A stretch of 64,000 bases of DNA, from assembly GCA_964016885.1 (NCBI GenBank), contig OZ024755.1:22940001-23004000 (forward strand), read 5' to 3'. A model generated the notes under the pieces. It ran no database searches and was not told the origin of the DNA. It saw only the letters and a list, made by a program, of their open reading frames with translations. The stretch comes from Eledone cirrhosa (lineage: Eukaryota). The position numbers were made by a program, and so were the translations under genes. Shown here piece by piece: positions 1-14,496 of this stretch. Each line of letters begins with the position of its first letter. The stretch's first letter is position 1.

Positions 1-302
1 CTTTTTACCCTTGCATAACCCTTAAAATAAATTACATGTCTCAAGGAACCCCTGCGCAAAAACATAATTATATACCATATCTTTCTCATTTTATTTTCAT
101 CGTAGTTCACGTGCACAGCCTCTATCTAGACTCTAGATAGAAGGCTGTGCGCCTGTGTTTTTAGAAGGATGGTATTATACATATATTATTATCACGGTTT
201 TGGTAGTCTGGAAAATATGTTTTGTTCTATTTTTGACTTCCACGAAGTAAACCTCTCTACAAAAAAGTGAATCAGCCTTTTATGTTATTTCCAAAACTAT
301 TC

Positions 303-356
<54 letters not shown>

Positions 357-372
357 TATTTATATATATAAA

Positions 373-420
<48 letters not shown>

Positions 421-465
421 CGTGTTTTGCAACGGGTGTGGCTCAATGAAAAGTTAATAAATTAA

Positions 466-640
466 ATAATTGTTTCTACTTTTGGCACAAGGCCAGCAAT
501 TACTCAGTGCATTACTGGTCCTTTATTTTATCGATCCCGTAAGGATGAAAGGCAAAGTTAACTCCGGCGGGATTTGAACTCAGAATGGCAAGGGCCGTAA
601 CTCTATGCGTCAAAGCATGGCGTACGACCCTCTATCGATA
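466..640 (-). mobile_element. SINE family A
   Basis: Reverse-complement homology to 6024-6213. Confidence 0.8.
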
Positions 641-1249
641 AATAATCAGAGCTATATATCATAAAACATGTCTATAGAATCACCAGATAAAATATCTTAA
701 AATGCGGACGAAACCATGGACGAGGTAAATAAATGTATTCTCTTTTCTTCTAGTTTATTTTACACCTAATTCTGTTTAATTGACTGTATATCTGGGCGAT
801 TACGCTGTCGAAATATTCGATAAATATTCCGTCGCAGCCAGCGCGAAGTGTTACACCTCTATTCTTTTAAATATATATATATATATACATATTTGGGAAA
901 TAGGAATTACAGGAGCGGACTTGATTATTTGTTAAATGTTTTAAGTTTTACCTAATTTGTTTCGAGTTGAAATTCTATGCGGTTAAACATCCATGACATA
1001 GATTTTAGCTGCTTTTTTAAAGCAACTAACATCATGTTTTTATCTAATATTATAATTTAATTAAAGCAATAGATGTTGATTTACTATTCAAGTTTTTTAA
1101 AATATAAAAATATAGTATTCATCAGTTCTCGATTTTTCTTGTCTTCGACAGACCAAAGTTATGCAATGTAGTGTTAGTTTTTATATGTATTGCGTCATAT
1201 AGCAGACGATAAGCATGACTTTACAATATTTAGTGTTATTCTACAATCG

Positions 1250-1467
1250 ATAATGGTTTCTGATTTAGGCACAAAACCAACAATTTTTGGAGAAGGGTAT
1301 GAGGAAAATCAATTAAATCGAACCAGTACGTTACTGGTACTTTATTTTATCGATCTTGTAAGGATGAAAGGCAAAGCTAACCTCGGTGGGACTTGAACTC
1401 AAAATATAAAAGGACGTAACTATATGCGCAAAGCATGTTGTCTGACGATGCTGCCAATCCACCGCCA
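1250..1467 (-). mobile_element. SINE family A
   Basis: Reverse-complement homology to 6024-6213. Confidence 0.8.
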
Positions 1468-3280
1468 TATTTATAGAAATAGACAATAAAAAGTATTATA
1501 CAATATTTACTATTATCATTCAGCAGACGATAAACAGGATACTACATCATTTAGTAGACAAGTGTCAATACAATTCATGTTGATGGTGTAATCGTTGCAA
1601 TAAATATTGACTAAAAGATTCAGTCTTGGATGCTAGTTGCATATGAGAACTAGCTATGTACATCTAAATGCCTCATAGAGTTTAATCCAAAGCAGACAGA
1701 ACATTTTGCCTGATACATTCATGACCTAAATTGAAATTATTTATCTAACAGGCGAAGCGAGAAATAAAGTCAATTTATCTTCGCACGATTTAGCCTAGGC
1801 TTCTTGTGTACATTCAGTTTGAGTTTTGTTCTACCTTTTTTTTTTTCACAACTCTTCAGCAAAGCCAGTTCACATTCTGAACTTCTTATAAGCTTTTAAA
1901 TTGGTCAGTCCACAAGTCAGTCTGGATTAGCGAAAATTTCATTTAGACATTAACTCTTAATTACGATACCCATTACATGTTTTTAGATTTATCTATTTAA
2001 AAATAATAATATTGAAGATTTATTCAAAGCAAAGCCTTTTACGAACTACTGAGGGAAAAACCTAAAATGTAGGCATTGGAAGATACCTATTTATCTCATG
2101 TTTAATGAAAAGCAAAACTATTGATCGTGGAAAACAGGTGGGAGTAAATAAACCAAGAAATCAAAACCAAAACAGTTAACTGTTCAGAAAACCACCGCAC
2201 GTTTTGAGCTAACGATGGAGCTTCTTTGTAGTCACCCCAAAACTGCGAAAAATAGGAAGGAGGAAGTATATATCTGGAAAACAACAAAACAAAACGGGTT
2301 GATCATAGTTTGAATGTTTGACGGGAGCTGATCTGTGGTTAAGTAGCAGCAACCCTGTAATGTGTGTAGGAACTCAGAAAGCCGTTATTTCTGGATGGTC
2401 TACTTTTACGACACTAAACACTTTGTCACTCTATCTGTGCTAAATTAATAAATCAAACAGGCAAATTGCTTTCCTGTTCCGTCAAAAATTAAATAAGAAT
2501 AGACAACTAAAAAATATTAAGAAATATAGAATATTAAACAAATAAAAACCAATACTCCATCAAAAGTTATATTTGATTCGATTTTTGTTTCATTAATTAA
2601 AAGCATTTTTTTTTATCACACGACTGTTTCTCGGACTACTCTTTAATTATAACATAAAAAGAAAGGGATGGGGTGTGTGCTTTATTAACTTAATTTTTAT
2701 TTTATTGTCATTATTAAGTTATATCGAACAAGAAAGGATAAGAGGAAATGGATGAGTGAGAGAGAGTGTGTGTGTTGTGTATGTGGGAGGAGGGGGAGGC
2801 TAGCTGATCGTGCAGTGTGAAATTTTTTAGTTGGTCTTTTGTCGTCGTTATTGAGAAGCTTCCGATGAGCGATGATCGATTAGGGCTACGATAGGAAGAT
2901 AGATAGTCAATCAAATGCATGACCCATTATTTTGGATTTGCATCTAATGGTTAGGATGCTTGATGTACGATCGTAATGTTGTTGGTTTGATTCCTGGACA
3001 AGCTGCTAGGTTAACATAGTCGCTTAACGCCAAGGAAACCGGAGATAAACACCGGTCATGTTTTTCATAGTACTCCACGTTTGGGTTTTTAGAGGTTGGC
3101 AGGTGTGCATAATGCTATAAGTAGAACTCGTTCTTTGGGCAATATATATATTTATTTTCTCTATTAAATGCGAAAACAAAATAAGAGAAATACTAAGTTG
3201 AGTTGGATTAAGTGCATTTATAATATTTTGGTGTATGTATATATGATTTCATCCGAATGAAACAGCTCTAGTCCTGTAGA

Positions 3281-3360
<80 letters not shown>

Positions 3361-3484
3361 GTATATAGGAAAGAGTTAGGACCCCGACGGCTGAGCTCCG
3401 GCCGTTTCGACAGCTAGATCCGAACCCTAAGTATTGAGTACTCTGGTGCGTCATGGTCCACCTGATATCTTACCACATCCTCTT

Positions 3485-3524
<40 letters not shown>

Positions 3525-3587
3525 TTCTTGTCTTATGTCGCTAAGAGCGAGCAGGTAAAACTCCTGAGTAACAAGACTCATTATTTA

Positions 3588-3773
3588 AGGATTGGCAGTA
3601 CCGGTAAAGGGTCGGACGCCATGCTTTCCAGCATAGTTACGCCCCTTTACGATCTGAGTTCAAATCACGCCGAGGTTGACTTTGCCTTTCATCCTTACGG
3701 GGTCGATAAAATAAAAGTACCAGTAATGCACTGGTTAATTGCTGGCCTTGTGCCTAAAGTAGAAACAATTATT
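3588..3773 (+). mobile_element. SINE family A
   Basis: Near-identical to 6030-6213. Confidence 0.85.
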
Positions 3774-3846
3774 TAACCATTATAAATAAATATAAACTAA
3801 ACTCTCTTTCGGTATTGAGTACCCTTTTCTCTCGTCCGTCAACTAC

Positions 3847-4905
<1,059 letters not shown>

Positions 4906-6023
4906 TATATATATAGAGATCGGCAGGAACTCAGTCGTCGGGGTCCCGAATCCTTCATATATGTATATATATATTATTGTCCTGGCGACATTTTAGTGCT
5001 GCCTGGTAATATTAAAGTGTGGAGATATTAATAAAATGATTTGAAATATATATATATATATAACATACAAATAACCTTATATATAACATATATATATATA
5101 TGGAGGAGGTTATAGTTCACTTGAAGCATTGTGTAATGAGGTATAAACGTTTGAATATGTGTAATAAAGCCAAAACAATGCAGGTATGGACATAGAAAAA
5201 AGAATGCAATTGTAAAAGATATTGTTGACAATTCGTCCTTTACCTTGAATTTATTTAAATGTCCTTAATTTTCGAGATAATATCTCTTCTTCGGAGGGAA
5301 ATAAAGGTCTCAAACCAGCGCTCTAAATATTTAGCCAAGCCATGCTGACAGGAAATAGTATAGATATATATATTTTTTTTCTGGTCTAATCAGTTATACA
5401 ACTTTAGTGGTATTGTCGTATATCTATGTTGTTGAAAGCAGCAAGATATCAATCAAGAATTCGAGCCACCAGAGAAACCTTTAAGCAGTTGTTTGATCTG
5501 CTAAGAATAGTAACCAAATATCCCTAAAATAGTATCCTGACATTCTATTGACAAACCTAGTGTGACAATAGCAACAAGCCGCAGAATTTTAAGTGACATG
5601 TCATGGGCATTGAAAAATTCATTAAAGTAACCTTTTTAATTTCAATTCATTATCCTAGTTTTATAAGTATATTTTGAAATTTTAGATTATTATTATTATT
5701 ATTATTATTTGTTTTTTGCCAAACTTCTAATTTTATAAATATATTAGAAAAATAGATCGTTTATCTATAAACATTTATTTCAAACTCAAATGTATATTGT
5801 GACATTCCAACATGCCTCCAACTGCTGCTGATTCTATGATACAAAACCTTTTTAAAGTGTTTATATTTATTTTAAAATCTTTATTTTAAAATCTTCTATC
5901 ATGATGTTATGTAAAAACAATGTGTTAAGTTATGCTACAATCACGAGGTTAATAAATAATGAGAAATTTAGTTATATTGCTAATTCCCTCAAAATTCTTC
6001 ATTATTTTCAAAATTCAAAAAAA

Positions 6024-6213
6024 GGGCGGTGGATTGGCAGTATCGGTAGAGGGTCGGACGCCATGCTTTCCAGCATAGTTACGTCCCTTTACTATCTGAG
6101 TTCAAATCCCGCCGAGGTTGACTTTGCCTTTCATCCTTACGGGGTCGATAAAATAAAGTACCAGTAATGCACTGGGTAATTGCTGGCCTTGTGCCTAAAG
6201 TAGAAACAATTAT
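6024..6213 (+). mobile_element. tRNA-derived SINE family A, full copy
   Basis: A-box tggcagtatcgg, B-box gagttcaaatccc, core gcctttcatccttacggggtcgataaaat, tail agaaacaattatt; TSD-like attattttcaaaatt. About 20 copies in the window. Confidence 0.85.
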
Positions 6214-6394
6214 TTTCAAAATTATTATAAATATGGTCAGGAAAGAGTTATTTGAAAGGTCGGGCATAAATGGTGTTTGAGTCAACTACCAACAGACTCG
6301 GCAATCCTCTTCTGAAAGTTTTAACAAGACAAAAAGCTATCTTTTACTCTTCGACCACAAAGTTAACGAGAACTGGGTAGAATTGATTGAATCT

Positions 6395-6597
6395 ATATCA
6401 ATATATATTATTAGTTAGAATAGCCACAATAACTTCACATCATACTTATACCGTCTTTTTCATATATAAGAAAAATACATCAGATAATGTAGTCCTAGAT
6501 ACACTACGCCCGAAAAGAAAAGACGGGATGACGAAGGCTGGAGCGTATTTGATCGTAGGCCTTCTTAATCAGTGTGAACTGGGGTTAAACTACAATA
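6395..6597 (+). mobile_element. Unclassified SINE-like family D ((CAA)n tail)
   Basis: tagaaatagcagccaaat...gataatgtagtcctagata...gggatgg...gggctaaacaac consensus. Copies at about 16850-17130, 17180-17740, 19955-20450, 20470-20660, 29270-29520, 30125-30260 and 30590-30800. Confidence 0.6.
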
Positions 6598-6873
6598 GAT
6601 AGTTCATAAAACACAAACATATACAAACAGCTATTTCATAGACAAATAAACAATAGGGTTCAGGGTTTATTTTAAGGAAATTTTAGAACAGCACAAATCT
6701 TTGAGGCAAGTGACATGATCCAGCGTTTGTTATACTCCGACTTTGAGAAGCATTTATAATTTTATGAGTGTTTTAAGTCTTGACCAATATTGTAACCTTG
6801 TAAGTACATGTAGTGTTTGACACAACATGTAAACTTATTACACACAATTCGTTTTAGAACTACACAAACTACA

Positions 6874-7519
6874 TGTTGTATGACTGGCTATCTATAATCT
6901 TTACAGTGCTGTATGACTGGCTATCTAACAGTGCTGCATGACTGGCTATCTAACAGTGTTGTATGACTGGCTATCTAACAATGCTGTATGACTGGCTATC
7001 TAACAGTGCTGTATGACTGGCTATCTAACAGTGTTGTATGACTGGCTATCTAACAGTGTTGTATGACTGGCTATCTATAATCTTTACAGTGCTGTATGAC
7101 TGGCTATCTAACAGTGCTGCATGACTGGCTATCTAACAGTGTTGTATGACTGGCTATCTAACAATGCTGTATGACTGGCTATCTAACAGTGCTGTATGAC
7201 TGGCTATCTAACAGTGTTGTATGACTGGCTATCTAACAGTGTTGTATGACTGGCTATCTATAATCTTAACAGTGCTGCATGACTGGCTATCTAACAGTGT
7301 TGTATGACTGGCTATCTAACAGTGTTGTATGACTGGCTATCTATAATCTTAACAGTGCTGTATGACTGGCTATCTAACAGTGATGTATGACTGGCTATCT
7401 AACAGTGTTGTATGACTGGCTATCTATAATCTTAACAGTGCTGTATGACTGGCTATCTAACAGTGATGTATGACTGGCTATCTAACAGTGTTGTATGACT
7501 GGCTATCTATAATCTTAAC
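6874..7519. repeat. 25-bp minisatellite (acagtgYtgtatgactggctatcta) with higher-order structure
   Basis: About 24 units; a variant with an 8-bp insert recurs at 6893, 7076, 7259, 7342, 7425 and 7508. Confidence 0.97.
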
Positions 7520-8099
7520 TAGCTATGTTGGTCAGAAAGTCTATAACGAAATGACCATTGTAAGTTGGCTCAAGTCAGAGATAACTCAGCTAGTTATAGA
7601 TTAATCGACAATTTATTAAAAGCTAGCTAAAAATAGCCAGACGCTTGACATATATGCACGCTGATCAGTTGTCTGATTTTAGCAATCGATCTATCTATCT
7701 AAAAAAACTTCTTATATCTCTCTGCAACGAAGCTGGATCACAGAGAAGGTATTCACAAAATTACCACTTTCCATCGATCAAATATAGCCAAAACTGATAA
7801 TTATAACGAACTATGAACGTGAATGTCATAAAGTAGACTATAAAAGAGATTTGGTCATGCGGGCGAATTATTAGGTAATAGATTGAGTTCAAATCTATTG
7901 TAGGCACATTGTAGTTTGGACTAATATGTTTTTCCTAAACTCCGTTGTTTCAACCTTTTCCTCTCTCTCCTCTCTCTCCATTTCCCGAAGAAGGACTTAT
8001 ATCTGACACGTCGATACCCCTTATTTACTTCTTTCTAAGCGCATGAAACTAAAAAGACTTTGTTTTTTTGCATCATTGTATTTGTCTTGTCTATTCTTC

Positions 8100-8156
<57 letters not shown>

Positions 8157-8324
8157 AAGTATCAGGGCTCTAACGGCTGAGCTTCGACCGTTTCGACAGC
8201 TAGATCCGTCGGGGTCCTGATTCTTTTCCTATTACCCACTCTACTACCCCAAGTATCGAGTACTCTGGTGGGTTATGGTCCACCTGGTATTTTACCACAC
8301 CCTATCTGATATATATATATATTT

Positions 8325-8382
<58 letters not shown>

Positions 8383-8757
8383 TTTTCTATATACATTCGT
8401 GAGTTCCATATCGAATAATAATACTAATATTAATATTCGATTCGTTTGCAAGCAGCCTCATAACGCCATGTTGTTTTAGATGACTATCGCCATCCTTTTG
8501 TTCTAATGATAGCATAGAAAAACAGTCGACAAATTTGGTGTCCTCCAATCTACGTATAAGGTGATTACAGTATGTTCATGACAATAGCGTAACATGAAGT
8601 ATTTGTAGGAAGGGCTGATACACACATACGCAGCTTGGTTTGTAAAGACAACCAAAATACATTTAAAAGTTTGGAGCACTGTCCATGGCACGACTTTTTT
8701 TTAATACTTCGTGATGTTCTTTTCCGGACACAAGTGCACAGCTATTATTACACACAT

Positions 8758-8948
8758 ACTGGTGGATTGGCAGTATCGGTAGAGAGTCGGATGCCATGCT
8801 TTGCAGCAAAGAGTTACGGCCCTTTATGGTCTGAGTTCAAATCCTGCCGAGGTTAACTTTGCCTTTCATCCTTACGGGGTCGATGAAATAAAGTACCAGT
8901 AATGCACTGGGATAATTGCTGGCCTTGTGCCAAAAGTAGAAACAATTA
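8758..8948 (+). mobile_element. SINE family A
   Basis: Homology to 6024-6213. Confidence 0.85.
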
Positions 8949-9250
8949 TATACACACATACACGCATACTTGAGTGTCGCTGAATTACTTGACCATCGAC
9001 ACTCGCCGAGAGAGAGAGAGAGAGAGAGAGAGATGGGGGGAGGGGAGATGCTAAAATATATTTTAGCGTCGTAAAATAATATTTTGGGTTGTACAGGCAT
9101 TCACATTACATACATATCATTTATATTTACATTACATACATAGCATATAACTGGGCCAAGATAAATAAATATTTTAAACAAAAATTCTCCAAAAAAAAAA
9201 ACCTTCAAAACAAACAAGCAAAATAAGTATTCAGGAATATGTGTGTGCGT

Positions 9251-9309
<59 letters not shown>

Positions 9310-9571
9310 TTCAAAGTGACAGCAGCCTTGTAAATAAAATAGACCGTGGCATTTAGAATAGAGTTCTTTTAATCATTATGTTCGTGATTTGCCAAATTAA
9401 TTATGTGGTTTTACAAACAGTAATCTGTGCAGTTGACAAATTGCAGAGGTTGAGGTGAGACATGGCAGAGAGAGCATGACTAGGTACTGAAATGAAAGAA
9501 TCTAAGGATTTGATGACTGTCCTTTTACAAACCTTCTTCATACTGGTGTACAATATATATATATATAACGG

Positions 9572-9892
9572 CGATGAATTTGTTTTGCGAGGTTTTTGAT
9601 ATGAAATCGTGTGTCGAAACAAATATTGTTATAATTGGGGAGGGTCATATTGTTGTAATAATATTGCCAGAAATAATAACAGAGCACACTCACTGTTTGG
9701 TTGTTTTCGCTTCTGTATCTTTTATATCTCCACAGTTAGTTCATGTGGTCAGTCAATGATAAACATTGACTGACCAAATGAATTAACTGTGGAGATATAA
9801 AAGATGCAGAAGCGAAAACCAACCAAACAGTGAGTGTGTTCTGTTATTATTTCTAGCAATATTATTACAACAACATGACCCTCCCCAAGTAT

Positions 9893-9899
<7 letters not shown>
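9572..9899. mobile_element. Short PLE-like element, 'ttgttatacttggggagggtcat' family, fold-back palindrome with tail of about 50 bp
   Basis: Near-perfect palindrome at about 9622-9899 centred on the hairpin cagtcaatg-ataaa-cattgactg; (TA)n on both sides. Relatives at 3970-4905, 26578-26730, 26883-27330, 38460-38520, 39090-39650 and 42693-42785. Confidence 0.7.
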
Positions 9900-9962
<63 letters not shown>

Positions 9963-10065
9963 ACAACCCTGCTTTTAGGTTAACAAAATCTAACTACAGT
10001 TTTTAAAATGGTCTAGATGAAACCTAGTAACACTTAGGGATTTTGAGTGAATTTAGCGATCTGCT

Positions 10066-11221
10066 GATGGTACAAGTAATACTAAAGACCAGTTAATGGT
10101 ACAAGTAATTCTAAAGACCAGTTGATGGTACAAGTAATACTAAAGACCAGTTGATGGTACAAGTAATTCTAAAGACCAGTTGATGGTACAAGTAATACTA
10201 AAGACCAGTTGATGGTACAAGTAATTCTAAAGACCAGTTGATGGTACAAGTAATACTAAAGACCAGTTGATGGCACAAGTAATACTAAAGACCAGTTGAT
10301 GGCACAAGTAATACTAAAGACCAGTTGATGGCACAAGTAATACTAAAGACCAGTTGATGGCACAAGTAATACTAAAGACCAGTTGATGGCACAAGTAATA
10401 CTAAAGACCAGTTGATGGTACAAGTAATACTAAAGACCAGTTGATGGCACAAGTAATACTAAAGACCAGTTGATGGCATAAGTAATACTAAAGACCAGTT
10501 GATGGCATAAGTAATACTAAAGACCAGTTGATGGTACAAGTAATACTAAAGACCAGTTGATGGTACAAGTAATTCTAAAGACCAGTTGATGGCACAAGTA
10601 ATACTAAAGACCAGTTGATGGCACAAGTAATACTAAAGACCAGTTTATGGTACAAGTAATACTAAAGACCAGTTGATGGCACAAGTAATACTAAAGACCA
10701 GTTGATGGCACAAGTAATACTAAAGACCAGTTGATGGCACAAGTAATACTAAAGACCAGTTGATGGTACAAGTAATACTAAAGACCAGTTGATGGCACAA
10801 GTAATACTAAAGACCAGTTGATGGCACAAGTAATACTAAAGACCAGTTGATGGCACAAGTAATACTAAAGACCAGTTGATGGTACAAGTAATACTAAAGA
10901 CCAGTTGATGGCACAAGTAATACTAAAGACCAGTTGATGGCATAAGTAATACTAAAGACCAGTTGATGGCATAAGTAATACTAAAGACCAGTTGATGGTA
11001 CAAGTAATACTAAAGACCAGTTGATGGCACAAGTAATACTAAAGACCAGTTGATGGCACAAGTAATACTAAAGACCAGTTGATGGCACAAGTAATACTAA
11101 AGACCAGTTGATGGCACAAGTAATACTAAAGACCAGTTGATGGCACAAGTAATACTAAAGACCAGTTGATGGCACAAGTAATACTAAAGACCAGTTGATG
11201 GTACAAGGCAATTTAAAGACC
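10066..11221. repeat. 29-bp minisatellite (gatggYacaagtaatactaaagaccagtt), about 40 copies
   Basis: Direct head-to-tail repeats with very few variants. Confidence 0.98.
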
Positions 11222-11502
11222 CATTCGAGGTCGATAAATATAGTACTAGTCCAGTACTGGGGACGATTCTTTCTCTATATCCAGCCCATGGTGCCGCGAG
11301 CGGACTGGACCCAGAACCACACGGTTGCCAAGTGAGCTCTTTATTCACAGTCATTCCTGCAATGTAACTTTCTTAGAAATGATGTTAAATGCACTATTCC
11401 GTCTTTCCTTAAACTATACACCTAGTCGCCATACTGATAAATTTTAAATATGTCTTAGATGGGATTACACATACAAATATTGAGAGATTAGGACAATTTA
11501 CA

Positions 11503-11695
11503 TCAGACCTGCCAACCTCTAAAAAACCCAAACGGGGTGTACCTTGAAAAAAAAAAGTGCCCCCAAAACGGGTAGAAATGAGGCAAAATGGGGAGATTTT
11601 ACATAATGAAAGCTAGACCCATCTTCACAAGAGAAGACATTTCTTACCCACCCAAAAGTGTGTGGGAAATCTCCTCGTCAGAGGGGGAGTTTGAT
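11503..11695. mobile_element. hAT-Tip100-like MITE remnant
   Basis: Terminus cagacctgccaacctctaaaaaacccaaac; its reverse complement occurs at about 3079-3107. Confidence 0.5.
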
Positions 11696-12164
11696 TTACA
11701 TAAACCATACGACCAGTACAAATCTTTAAGGCAGTTACCATGACTCCACGTTTGATATTCTCTGAGTCTGAGAAGCATTTGTAATGGCTGCTATTTTGAA
11801 CATTTTATGAGTGTTTTACGTCTTTTAACCATCATTTATCGTGTAAATACATACATAGTATTTGACAGAAAATGTAAACTTACAGCACAAAATTAGATTT
11901 AGAACTGCACAATCAGGGTTCAACTGCACATCAAATAATCACTGACAAATATTGACAGACTAGGACAATATACATAAAGCATACGACCAGTGCACCTGAT
12001 TATAATCTTTTATTGGAAATGTGCAGGTAAGCAGACGTTCCTGCTTCGTTCCCATTACCTTGTTAACACATCAAAAGATCGATGGCGGAGATTTCATTGT
12101 CCTCACAGAATCACAACAGAAACATTCATTGATTTTATACTAATTTAAAAACAAAGCAACGAAA

Positions 12165-12364
12165 NNNNNNNNNNNNNNNNNNNNNNNNNNNNNNNNNNNN
12201 NNNNNNNNNNNNNNNNNNNNNNNNNNNNNNNNNNNNNNNNNNNNNNNNNNNNNNNNNNNNNNNNNNNNNNNNNNNNNNNNNNNNNNNNNNNNNNNNNNNN
12301 NNNNNNNNNNNNNNNNNNNNNNNNNNNNNNNNNNNNNNNNNNNNNNNNNNNNNNNNNNNNNNNN
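12165..12364. other. Assembly gap (200 N)
   Basis: Run of n. Confidence 1.
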
Positions 12365-12414
12365 TGCTATAATTATTGTTGCATATACGAAGGTCAGCTT
12401 AATACTTCATATGC

Positions 12415-12757
12415 TGACCAAGATACTCTCATGGAATGGCCCAATGAGGTTTAGTTTTTAAAACTTAGTCCCTGGAAAGAAACAATGCAGTTATTAATAA
12501 AAAGAGTTGAAATTAATGCATGCAAGAGACTGGCCAAGATGCTCTCATGGAATGACCAAATGAGGTTTATTTTTTTAACTTAGTCCATGGAAAGAAACAA
12601 TGCAGTTATTAATAAAAAGAGTTGAAATTAATGCATGCAAGAGACTGGCCAAGATGCTCTCATGGAATGACCAAATGAGGTTTATTTTTTTAACTTAGTC
12701 CATGGAAAGAAACAATGCAGTTATTAATAAGAAGAGTTGAAATTAATGCGTACAAGA
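12415..12757. repeat. Tandem repeat of about 115 bp, three copies
   Basis: tggccaagatgctctcatggaatg... recurs at 12415, 12531 and 12646. Confidence 0.95.
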
Positions 12758-13670
12758 TTTCACAGCTCTAGCATCACTCCTTCATAATCAGCCTTATGAA
12801 CGTTTCAGCCAAACCTCGTCCTTAAAGCAACTCTGATTGAGCGGACCTATAGTTCACCAGAAGCAGTAATTATTTTAACATGCAGCTTGTGTAGTTCTAA
12901 ATCTAATTTTGTACAGTAAGTTTACATTTTGTCTCAAATACTACACGCTCCTACATGGTGAATGATGGTTAAAAGACTTAAAACACTCACAAAATGTTTA
13001 AAATAACTGCCATTACAAATGTTCCGCAGACACAGAATATCAAACACTGCGTGATAGTACCTGCTTAAAATAATTCCCTTAAAAGAAACATAGCAACCCG
13101 TCTATTTATAACTAAACTGTGATTTGATGGAGTTATCACAGTTAATCCTAACAAGTCAAACCATCAAGAAGATATTATGGCGATTTTGTCTGAGTAGGTA
13201 GCAACACGATTTTGGTATGGTAAAGGCAATTGAATTTAATTAAATTGAGACCCCTAGTCACCGTCCAGCCACCTCAGTATGTTATAGACTCTTGCAAATC
13301 TCTGATTAAAGTCGAACTTAGGGGTCAGAGACATCAAAATAGACAGCCGGCACCAAAAATGTGCACAGATACCTATATTTGAGAAGACAGCATGCTGCTC
13401 ACGGCCGTTCCTTAATCCTCTCGCTAACTACACACCCTGGAGGTTTGTGTGTGTGGGGTGTATTTGAGAGGGAGAACTTTAGATGTGACTTCCATAATTT
13501 TAGTTAGTTTTATAAGCAATAACAACATCGACACAAGCAAAAGGAAATAACAGCAACTGGGATTCGAAACTGGATCGGCGGGAAGAGTAATTAATAAAGC
13601 TCTGGCGCACAGCCCGCTACCATTACTTATTAGGAAAAAATGATCGATCCAGTTAGGAAACTACTGCATG

Positions 13671-13900
13671 GTCATTCGATCTGCTTGAAATAGCAGGCAA
13701 ATTTCCCTCAAATCACATCCTCAACATATTGAATAATGTAGTCATTGATAAAAACCAAGCGAGATTACCTCTACAATTTGTCTGCAAGTTGTAGAGGTTT
13801 GGTTTTTATCGCTTGGTTTTTATCAATGACTACATTATTCAATATGTCCAGGATGTGATTTGAGGGAAATTTGCCTGCTATTTCAAGTAGATCGAATGAC
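13671..13900. repeat. Inverted repeat with arms of about 92 bp (fold-back of a family D fragment)
   Basis: gtcattcgatctgcttgaaatagc...aaaccaagcga mirrored by tcgcttggttt...gatcgaatgac. Confidence 0.92.
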
Positions 13901-14496
13901 GGTGATTAAAATTTCTAAAAGCAACAAGCGAAGGCGATAGCACCAATAACATTAACCGAGCAACATTTTTTAGAAAATCTAGACCATGCAGAAGGAGTGG
14001 CTCCTGTTTTCAAAGTCAACTGGTGAGAGAGAAAGAGATGTTTCTATCTTGTTTGATCTCTTCAGCGAAGCATATTTTACACAGTTGGCTAGACTTAGAA
14101 ATGAGAGAACATATATTGCAGAGATAATTTCAATTAATCGAAGTTTCCTAACTTAATATAGTATATATGTAAGACTATATCCAGTTAGCAGTGAAACTAA
14201 CACAGCGTGATTCAGAAAAGAAACATATATGGAAGCATATAAATATGTTTATGTATAATGACCACTTAATTCTTGCTGAGGGTATTTAACGTTGTAATTA
14301 CGTCATAGCTACCTCAATAGCCGTGTGAGAACTCCAAATACTAGTATTTCAGAGTTTTTATTCATCATCAGTCACATTTTAATTATCTGATACTGAGGCA
14401 AAATAAGACAATAGCTTATACATAATTTTGTAAATAATAAATACATAATTTTGTAAATAATAAATTTATGCCCGAGAATACTTTCTCTATTTAGGA

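Noticed and set aside
113-150. Strong hairpin gcacagcctctatctaga-c-tctagatagaaggctgtgc as a terminator or miRNA
   Set aside because: Too short for a pre-miRNA, and bacterial terminators do not apply; probably internal to a DNA-transposon remnant cut by the window edge.
6024-6120. tRNA gene suggested by A and B boxes
   Set aside because: No cloverleaf; the boxes are the head of a multi-copy SINE. The same applies at 40337-40400.
6874-11221. CRISPR-like appearance of the 25-bp and 29-bp arrays
   Set aside because: Head-to-tail repeats with no unique spacers, no cas genes, and eukaryotic context.
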